Positions 28,131-33,843 of a stretch of DNA of 57,515 bases are shown piece by piece. The position numbers were made by a program, and so were the translations under genes. Positions within the stretch are counted from its first letter, which is position 1. Every line of letters starts with the position of its first letter. Under the pieces are notes generated by a model. The model was not told the origin of the DNA, did no database searches, and saw only the letters and a program-made list of their open reading frames with translations. Source of the stretch: an uncultured Bacilli bacterium (lineage in GTDB: Bacteria; Bacillota_I; Bacilli_A; RF39; UBA660); NCBI GenBank assembly GCA_947628495.1, contig CANRAC010000001.1, forward strand, positions 1 through 57,515, given 5' to 3'.

Positions 28131-29417
28131 TTAGATTTTTCTTAATTTTGTTCTTGCTAATTTTTTTACTTTTTCTTTATAGTCTTTAATGCCATCATTT
28201 AATATTAGGTAATTATATGTCTGTAAGTATAACCAAATAATATCTGCAATTTCAACTGCAACGTTTGGGGTACAACCTCTAGTAGTTAATGCTGCAAAAC
28301 CAATTCGTAAACCAGAAGTATTTGCCGGACTTTCATCGTCTTCAGGTAACAAATTTTTATTGGTTGTTATACCAATATCTTCTAGCCTCAACTGAGCTGT
28401 AATACCTAACAAATTAAATGTATCTTTTGTGTTTAATAGTACTAAGTGATTATCAGTATCGGACACATTGCCACCAAGTTCTCTAATACGTTTTGAGAAT
28501 GCTTGCATATTTGCTTTTAACATTTTAATATACTTTTTGAACTCGTCAGTATATGCTTCTTCAAAACAAATTGCTTTTGCTGCAATTGTATTTTCTAATG
28601 GACCACCTTGATAATAAGGGAATACGGCTTGATTAACATATTTAATTAAACGCTCATCATTAGTTAAAATCAAACCACCCCGAGGTCCTCTTAGAGTTTT
28701 GTGAGTTGTAGTGGTCACAATATCTGCATAAGGTATTGGACTCATACATTCACCTGCTGCAACTAGACCTGCAATATGTGCCATATCAACCATCAATTTA
28801 CAGTCATATTTAATTGCTAACTCTTTGAATTTACTAAAGTCAATTTCATAAGGGTATGAAGAGTAGCCAGCCAATATAACGTCAGGTCTATTTGCTTTAA
28901 TTGCTTCTTCTACTAAGTCAAAATGAATATGTCGATCTTCACCTAATTTATAATAACTAAAGTCATACAAATTAGAACTAAAACTTACAGAAGAGCCGTG
29001 AGATAGGTGTCCACCGTGTCCTAACTCCATAGCCAAAATTTTCATTTGTCTATGTACTTTTACTTTGCCTGTGCCACGAACATATAATTTGTGGTCTTCT
29101 TCTAGCATTTTCTCTAAAGCTCGATATGCTTCAGCATTTGCTTGGCTGCCACTATGCGGTTGAACATTTGCAAATTTACAATTAAACAAACGACATGCTC
29201 TATCAATTGCTAATTGCTCAAGTTGGTCTACATTCTCGCAACCACCATAGTATCTATGACCAGGATAGCCTTCAGCATACTTATTTGTTAAACAGCTCGA
29301 CAATGCTTGTCTAACAGATTTACTAGCAAAATTTTCACTAGCGATAAGTTCGAGACATTCATTTTGTCTCTTGTTTTCTGCTTTAATCAATGCAAAAACT
29401 TTCTTATCTTTTTTCAT
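28131..29417 (-). CDS. glyA: serine hydroxymethyltransferase
   Basis: Hallmark PLP-lysine motif VTTTTHKTLRGPRGG, plus ELIASENF and YPGHRYYGGCE. Start placed at the ATG at 29417 (MKKDKKVFALI) after CAGGAGGACTAT. Confidence 0.9.
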   Translation of the reverse strand: MKKDKKVFALIKAENKRQNECLELIASENFASKSVRQALSSCLTNKYAEGYPGHRYYGGCENVDQLEQLAIDRACRLFNCKFANVQPHSGSQANAEAYRALEKMLEEDHKLYVRGTGKVKVHRQMKILAMELGHGGHLSHGSSVSFSSNLYDFSYYKLGEDRHIHFDLVEEAIKANRPDVILAGYSSYPYEIDFSKFKELAIKYDCKLMVDMAHIAGLVAAGECMSPIPYADIVTTTTHKTLRGPRGGLILTNDERLIKYVNQAVFPYYQGGPLENTIAAKAICFEEAYTDEFKKYIKMLKANMQAFSKRIRELGGNVSDTDNHLVLLNTKDTFNLLGITAQLRLEDIGITTNKNLLPEDDESPANTSGLRIGFAALTTRGCTPNVAVEIADIIWLYLQTYNYLILNDGIKDYKEKVKKLARTKLRKI

Positions 29418-29444
29418 ATAGTCCTCCTGTGCACTTAGTAGTGC

Positions 29445-29490
29445 TGGTGAGCCAGGTGAGAATTGCACTCACTATTCACTTGTCTGACTC
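29445..29490 (-). ncRNA. tRNA-like acceptor/T-arm minihelix with encoded ACCA in the glyA 5' leader
   Basis: The - strand reads GAGUCAG-ACAAGUGAAUA-GUGAG-UGCAAUU-CUCAC-CUGGCUC-ACCA. This gives a 7-bp acceptor-like helix (one U.G), a 5-bp stem with a 7-nt T-like loop, then A+CCA. Confidence 0.4.
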
Positions 29491-29493
29491 ATA

Positions 29494-29522
29494 AAAAGTT
29501 TCTAGAAGGTCTAGAAACTTTT
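29494..29522 (-). terminator. perfect 13-bp hairpin, intrinsic terminator (usable on both strands)
   Basis: AAAAGTTTCTAGA-cct-TCTAGAAACTTTT followed by TAT on the - strand. Its core GUUUCUAGA/UCUAGAAAC is followed by UUUUUAU. The + strand also has a T/A-rich tail. Confidence 0.7.
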
Positions 29523-29539
29523 AATATAATATACAGAAG

Positions 29540-29637
29540 AAGACCATCAGACTTCTGTGCATATTTAAAGTATCAAAGGAGGTATACCTTAGATAGTAGA
29601 TTTGTTAAATGGGGTATATTTAACAATGATGGTCTTT
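29540..29637 (-). ncRNA. 98-nt helix-closed RNA module
   Basis: AAGACCAUCA (29637-29628) pairs with UGAUGGUCUU (29549-29540). Inside are a 9-bp hairpin UUGUUAAAU-auacccc-AUUUAACAA and a competing ACAGAAG/CUUCUGU helix. Confidence 0.3.
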
Positions 29638-29659
29638 ACTGACGCGTCAGCTCGTCAGT

Positions 29660-29733
29660 CAGGAAGGTGAGATTTGCACTCACATCTGAGGCGCCTGGTC
29701 GGCCTTATGTTACTACCGTTACACCACTTCCTG
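29660..29733 (-). ncRNA. 74-nt tRNA-like cloverleaf (anticodon position CCA; non-canonical anticodon loop and T-loop)
   Basis: CAGGAAG-UG-GUGU-AACGGUAGUA-ACAU-A-AGGCC-GACCAGG-CGCCU-CAGAU-GUGAG-UGCAAAU-CUCAC-CUUCCUG. Perfect 7-bp acceptor, 4-bp D stem, 4 bp plus C.C in the anticodon stem, 5-nt variable loop, 5-bp T stem. U8, A14, GG and G53-C61 are present. U33 and U55 are absent. Confidence 0.5.
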
Positions 29734-29740
29734 GCAAAAG

Positions 29741-29821
29741 ATAGGTTTGGTGCGTCGGGCCGAATATCACTTTCGATACACACCAATTCGTGAGCCGGCC
29801 ATCTCCTTATCTATAACCTAT
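29741..29821 (-). ncRNA. 81-nt helix-closed module with pseudoknot potential
   Basis: Closing helix AUAGGUU/AACCUAU. Inside, GGCC..GAAU (29800-29786) pairs with AUUCGGCC (29765-29758). This is interleaved with UGGUGUG (29785-29779) / CGCACCA (29754-29748). Confidence 0.3.
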
Positions 29822-29831
29822 CTCTTGAAGT

Positions 29832-29894
29832 GCCTGATAACAGAGTTGCACTGTTAGTGGCCGCTATGGTTGGCCGCCACGCTCTTGCTCAGAC
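29832..29894 (-). ncRNA. 63-nt tRNA-like module lacking a D-arm
   Basis: GUCUGAG...AUCAGGC (6 of 7 bp, one U.G) encloses the long hairpin GUGGCGGC-caaccaua-GCGGCCAC and the T-arm-like AACAG-UGCAACU-CUGUU. Confidence 0.3.
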
Positions 29895-29897
29895 ATG

Positions 29898-29919
29898 TAG
29901 GTGCTTTAAGGTGCACCTA
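29898..29919 (-). other. hairpin just after the SSB-like gene stop
   Basis: UAGGUGC-accuuaaa-GCACCUA, 7 bp, with no U-tract. Possibly a processing or stability element rather than a terminator. Confidence 0.3.
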
Positions 29920-29932
29920 AACCTGTGGTAAA

Positions 29933-30469
29933 TTATTCTCCAAATTCGTCGCCAGACAAATGAGAAGTCAATGGTTCGCCATCACGTGTTTTTAATACAT
30001 TGTTCAACACTGCACTAACACCGCGACGTCCATCTCCACTGTAAGCGAAGAATGTCATAGAAACTCTACCATACATACCGCTGTATACTTCAGTTGGGTC
30101 AATAATTTCTTGCCTGTCGGCATTCAAAACTTTTGGTTTGAACTTAGTAGACAAACGAATATAATAATTACCTTTATATTCAGGGTATTTATTATTTATT
30201 AGTTCTCCTAAGTCGTCAACTGCTGTATCACCATCTTTAAATGTGTGATTAACGTTTGTAGGTACTCTACCACCAAAGTGTTTTTGTGCCCCTGCTTCAG
30301 CTGCTGCTTGAATTGCAGCTTTAATAGCATTTACAGTTTTGGTATCAGTTTTTGGGATGATAGCCGTAACTGAGTATTTTGGCGTATCGCCTTCTTTCAT
30401 AGCTTTTGGTTCAAATACGTTTACGAATGACAATCTGCATTCACCTGTAACAACTTGATTATTGTTCAT
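29933..30469 (-). CDS. ssDNA-binding protein, DUF2815 type
   Basis: N-terminal GECRLSFVNVFEPKA...KYSVTAIIPKTD and C-terminal YSGMYGRVSMTFFAY...GVSAVLNNV match the DUF2815 pattern. Paired with the adjacent DUF2800 nuclease, as is usual. Confidence 0.7.
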   Translation of the reverse strand: MNNNQVVTGECRLSFVNVFEPKAMKEGDTPKYSVTAIIPKTDTKTVNAIKAAIQAAAEAGAQKHFGGRVPTNVNHTFKDGDTAVDDLGELINNKYPEYKGNYYIRLSTKFKPKVLNADRQEIIDPTEVYSGMYGRVSMTFFAYSGDGRRGVSAVLNNVLKTRDGEPLTSHLSGDEFGE

Positions 30470-30491
30470 AATAACTCCTTTAACTTAAAAT

Positions 30492-31718
30492 TTATTGGTC
30501 GTCAGTTTCAACAACTTCATAGAACTCATCTCCATCTAATATTTTGGCTTTAACATCAATTGCCTCTCGTTTATCGCTCTCAGGCACCAATGTTAACTTG
30601 CCCGCTGGTTTAACAATATATTGTTCACATAAGTTGTTAAATAATTTCTTACCAATGTTCTTTTCCAATGTAGTAATACCTAATAGCTCTGTTGGTTTTA
30701 AGTAGTCACTCTCTGGAAAACCTGCCGTACGTAATGTCTCTGCAACCGCATTGACATCTGTAATTATTCGAGTAGAACGCCCTTCAACTATTTTATAGTG
30801 AGGGATTTGAACACCATGATTTATTGCTGCGTTTGTTGCATAGCTTTGAACGTCTTTAAACCAGTCAATAAATTTAGGTGCTATGTCTAATATTCTCGCA
30901 ATGACCTCGGGTGACATTTGTGCTGGCTCTATCATATGATTCTCAACAACTACGTCGTCAAATTCTGCTTGTGCGACTGATAACTGTTTGTCCGCTAATG
31001 CTTTACATATACCACGCATCTTACAAAATTTACAATGGTCTCCTGCCACTAACTCACCCTTGCCCGCTATTGCAAGTTCTGCTCGTGGCTTGACATAATT
31101 GATTGCCCAGTCATTGAGTGCATCAATTTGAACGAAGTCAGTACTAATATCATGAAGCCTTGGTTGAATAATAGTCATCTTAGCTTCAGTGCATGCACAC
31201 TCTCTTACGTGAGTTTTAATAGCTCCGAGAGCATACAACCTGAGTTGAGGGTTACCAATTGCACTTACTGGTACACCTTTGCCAAATTTAAGGTCAATGA
31301 TATGAATAAAATCTTTACCGACAATAACCACATCACTGGTTCCTGCACCATTAGGCACAATGTCCTCAAATTTAACATACTCTTCTAAGTACACGTTAAC
31401 ATTAAGACCTTTATAGTCCTCTTTAACTATTGTCATTACTTCATTGACATAGTCATTAACAAAATCATTAAACTCGAGATTGTAGAATTTACTTGTTAAT
31501 CTAAATTGCTCAAATCGAGTTTCGTATTCTTTGACACTAATCTTTTCTAACATATAAGATAACTTGAGCTCCGCTAGTGCATGTGCCTCAGTGCCTTCTT
31601 CTGCATATGGTGAATATGTTGATGGTTGAGAACTTTCAAGCATAGCAGATGGTGTACAAATTAACCATCTATGCGAACTACTTGGTGACAATAATACGTG
31701 TCCTGTTGGTGTTGGCAT
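30492..31718 (-). CDS. PD-(D/E)XK nuclease, DUF2800/Cas4-like with a Cys cluster
   Basis: LLSPSSSHRWLICTPS at the N-terminus, HIIDLKFGKG core, C-terminal CKFCKMRGIC. Confidence 0.75.
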   Translation of the reverse strand: MPTPTGHVLLSPSSSHRWLICTPSAMLESSQPSTYSPYAEEGTEAHALAELKLSYMLEKISVKEYETRFEQFRLTSKFYNLEFNDFVNDYVNEVMTIVKEDYKGLNVNVYLEEYVKFEDIVPNGAGTSDVVIVGKDFIHIIDLKFGKGVPVSAIGNPQLRLYALGAIKTHVRECACTEAKMTIIQPRLHDISTDFVQIDALNDWAINYVKPRAELAIAGKGELVAGDHCKFCKMRGICKALADKQLSVAQAEFDDVVVENHMIEPAQMSPEVIARILDIAPKFIDWFKDVQSYATNAAINHGVQIPHYKIVEGRSTRIITDVNAVAETLRTAGFPESDYLKPTELLGITTLEKNIGKKLFNNLCEQYIVKPAGKLTLVPESDKREAIDVKAKILDGDEFYEVVETDDQ

Positions 31719-31730
31719 AATTTACTCCTT

Positions 31731-31955
31731 TTACTTTTTAGTTACTTTGCTTTCGACGTCAGCCTTTTTAGCTTTTTCTTCTTGAGCCTTTTTCAATTGC
31801 TCTTCAGTTTTACGACGTTCAGCTTCTTGATTTTCAGTAATCTTTTGATTAGCAAGATTAACTGTGTCATTCAAGTCAACAATTAACTCATTTGCTAATG
31901 CTGGAGCGCCAAACTTGATACAATTGATAATCTCTTCATAGTGACTTTGTCTCAT
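31731..31955 (-). CDS. hypothetical protein with Lys/Glu-rich tail
   Basis: 74-aa ORF with SD AAAGGAGTAGAAT-ATG. Confidence 0.55.
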   Translation of the reverse strand: MRQSHYEEIINCIKFGAPALANELIVDLNDTVNLANQKITENQEAERRKTEEQLKKAQEEKAKKADVESKVTKK

Positions 31956-32029
31956 ATTCTACTCCTTTTAATTAGATTTGCCTTACGGCTGGTGGCAGGT
32001 AGTATTTATTGTGTCCCTGCCAACGCACA

Positions 32030-32443
32030 TTACTTGTCTTCAGTTAACTTATGATAATACTCATTTATTAACTGAACAAAATAACTTCCGCTTTTTTCTC
32101 CGAAGCCATTAGGCTCAAGCTCTGCCGCCATTTTAGCAATTCCATCTGCAATCTCAGGAAGTGCACCATTGACATCAAACTCGTAGCCATCATTAAGCTC
32201 CATACCATCATCCGCTTCACTAACTGTGAGTTTTGGTCTTGTTCTAATAGTCAAGATAGTTTTTGCTTTTAGACTATCTTCTTTGAACAAATCTTGTAAC
32301 GAAGTTTTATCTTGTTGGTCCATACTTAATCTCCTTTCCATATCTACTCGACGTTCTAAGTCATTGATTTTATTTACTAGTACAGGTGTGACGATAAAGA
32401 ATATAACACCAAACAATATTAAGATATATTGTAGTGCACTCAT
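32030..32443 (-). CDS. membrane-anchored hypothetical protein
   Basis: 137-aa ORF with N-terminal TM ALQYILILFGVIFFIVTPVLV. ATGA overlap with the dUTPase stop. Confidence 0.55.
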   Translation of the reverse strand: MSALQYILILFGVIFFIVTPVLVNKINDLERRVDMERRLSMDQQDKTSLQDLFKEDSLKAKTILTIRTRPKLTVSEADDGMELNDGYEFDVNGALPEIADGIAKMAAELEPNGFGEKSGSYFVQLINEYYHKLTEDK

Positions 32444-32850
32444 TTACCTGTGCTCCCAAACGCTCCAGAGCCGCGCTCTTCACCCATATCTTCAGTATAA
32501 TCTGCATAAATACAAGGTGTAATAACTAAATAGCCTATTCTGTCACCTTCGTGATAAACAAACTGATTATCAGTAGGATTATTGACAATCATATGAATTT
32601 CACCTTTATAACCTGCATCAATCGCACAATGGTGAACATGAATACCTTGTTTTGCTATTGAAGTTCTCTCTTGTATATATGCATTTAGTCCATCAGGCAA
32701 ATCAATGCCAAAACCTAACGGACATACTTGTACTGAATGTGGTGGCACTATACCATTATATGGCATATAAATATCAGCACCTGTATCATTAAAATGTTTT
32801 CTCTCTGGTAAAACTGCTTTGTCACTAAACCGTATGAAGTGTATCTTCAT
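32440..32850 (-). CDS. dut: dUTPase
   Basis: DTGADIYMP (motif I), CAIDAGYKGEI (motif III), RGSGAFGSTGK (motif V). Confidence 0.9.
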   Translation of the reverse strand: MKIHFIRFSDKAVLPERKHFNDTGADIYMPYNGIVPPHSVQVCPLGFGIDLPDGLNAYIQERTSIAKQGIHVHHCAIDAGYKGEIHMIVNNPTDNQFVYHEGDRIGYLVITPCIYADYTEDMGEERGSGAFGSTGK

Positions 32851-33547
32851 TTTTAACCTCCTGTGGTTCTACATACTTATGACCACAACTAAATTTGCCT
32901 TCTTTACAATAAGAATTAACACAGTTTGGTAGACATAAATCTGCCCAAGCATTACCGCATTGTGTTCTAATCTCATGTAAAATCAATTCACAAATGTGTT
33001 GTACTTCACGAGTATTACGATTACATAACCTAATAGACAACATATACTGCCAAGCTGGGAAATTGCCATGAATCACTAAGCACTTCTTTAAACTCTGTGG
33101 TAGTAAATAACCTGCTCTATCTCGGTCGACTCCGTTGTCATACATGGTTATGTAGGCATTATGAATATCTTGACATGCTTGTTTATAAATTTCTTCTTGC
33201 TCAGGTGTTAAACCTTCTGGAACAACATATGGACTTTGTACTTTTGTAAACTCACTATATTGTGTCGAAGTAGAAACAAATGTTAACCTTGTTGCATGTG
33301 TTCTTAATTGTGAAACAGCTTTTGTTGACAAACCATAAATAGCAACTGTTAATTCACACATTCTAAAGATTGTTGAATGTGGCAAACTCAATAATTGTTT
33401 CGATGGTTGTTTGTAGACATTGTCATTATATAATTTCAACAAGTCATCCAAACTACTTATCTCTGAGCCACGCTGAGTTAACTTTGCTAAGAATAGTGGA
33501 GTGCCATCAAGGTTGTGTTTCAAGATAGCAACTTTAATATCTTGCAT
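32825..33547 (-). CDS. thyX: FAD-dependent thymidylate synthase ThyX-like, with degenerate ThyX motif
   Basis: PHSTIFRMCELTVAIYGLSTKAVSQL and ARYLLPQSL...NFPAWQYMLSIRLCNRNTREVQ follow the ThyX fold pattern. The signature RHRxxSxxxxSxRY is replaced by RTHATRLTFVSTSTQY. Confidence 0.65.
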   Translation of the reverse strand: MQDIKVAILKHNLDGTPLFLAKLTQRGSEISSLDDLLKLYNDNVYKQPSKQLLSLPHSTIFRMCELTVAIYGLSTKAVSQLRTHATRLTFVSTSTQYSEFTKVQSPYVVPEGLTPEQEEIYKQACQDIHNAYITMYDNGVDRDRAGYLLPQSLKKCLVIHGNFPAWQYMLSIRLCNRNTREVQHICELILHEIRTQCGNAWADLCLPNCVNSYCKEGKFSCGHKYVEPQEVKNEDTLHTV

Positions 33548-33570
33548 ATTGACTCCTTTTATTTTATTTT

Positions 33571-33588
33571 GATATTATATTATATGCG
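33571..33588 (-). promoter_or_regulatory. promoter-like CGCATATAATATAATATC (double TATAAT), 23 nt upstream of the thyX ATG
   Basis: Shares the 14-mer ATATAATATAATAT with the elements at 39801-39818 (-) and 44991-45008 (+). Confidence 0.45.
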
Positions 33589-33713
33589 AAAAGATAATAA
33601 TAATTTCACTTTATTTTTATCTTTTTATAATTATTTTTTACTTTTATATAAAATTGAAATAAATTACTTAAAAATTTAATTTTTAGAGATTTTTCAAATT
33701 TATTTTTAAATAA

Positions 33714-33835
33714 AAATATCACTATTTTTAATTTTAGGATAGATTTGATATTCTTTAAATATCTTGATTGATATATTTTTTAAAGAATATTTTAATCAAT
33801 AAGAAATGTCCTAAATTAAATCAATAGTGATATTT
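33714..33835. promoter_or_regulatory. nested imperfect inverted repeats in a 296-bp extremely AT-rich intergenic region
   Basis: AAATATCACTAT (33714-33725) / ATAGTGATATTT (33824-33835). ATATTCTTTAAA (33748-33759) / TTTAAAGAATAT (33779-33790). TTTTAGGAT (33732-33740) faces GTCCTAAAT (33808-33816). Confidence 0.5.
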
Positions 33836-33843
33836 GATTTTAG

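Noticed and set aside
29576-29650. A + strand small ORF suggested by AAAGGAGG at 29576-29583.
   Set aside because: No start codon lies at a usable distance. The nearest ATGs give 4-aa and 14-aa peptides. The SD-like string is more simply part of the folded RNA (GGTATACC palindrome).
29454-29683. The near-identical 19-20-mers AGGTGAGA(A/T)TTGCACTCAC (29454-29472 and 29666-29683), and the related hairpin at 29839-29855, as a mini-CRISPR array or solitary CRISPR repeats.
   Set aside because: There are only 2-3 short copies (17-20 nt) at irregular spacing (about 210 and 170 nt), with no cas genes and no repeat-spacer periodicity. Each copy sits in an acceptor/T-arm-like context, so a tRNA-like reading fits better. 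An RNA anti-CRISPR role cannot be formally excluded without knowing the host's repeats.
29445-29932. A known riboswitch leader for glyA (T-box, ZTP/pfl, THF, glycine or cobalamin).
   Set aside because: I could not find the T-box GGUGGNACCGCG-type sequence or the glycine or THF cores. The only ZTP-like string (CGCCTGG) is on the + strand, which is the wrong orientation for glyA. The cobalamin-like GCCACUA is isolated. Only a covariance-model search can settle this, so the block is reported as unclassified.
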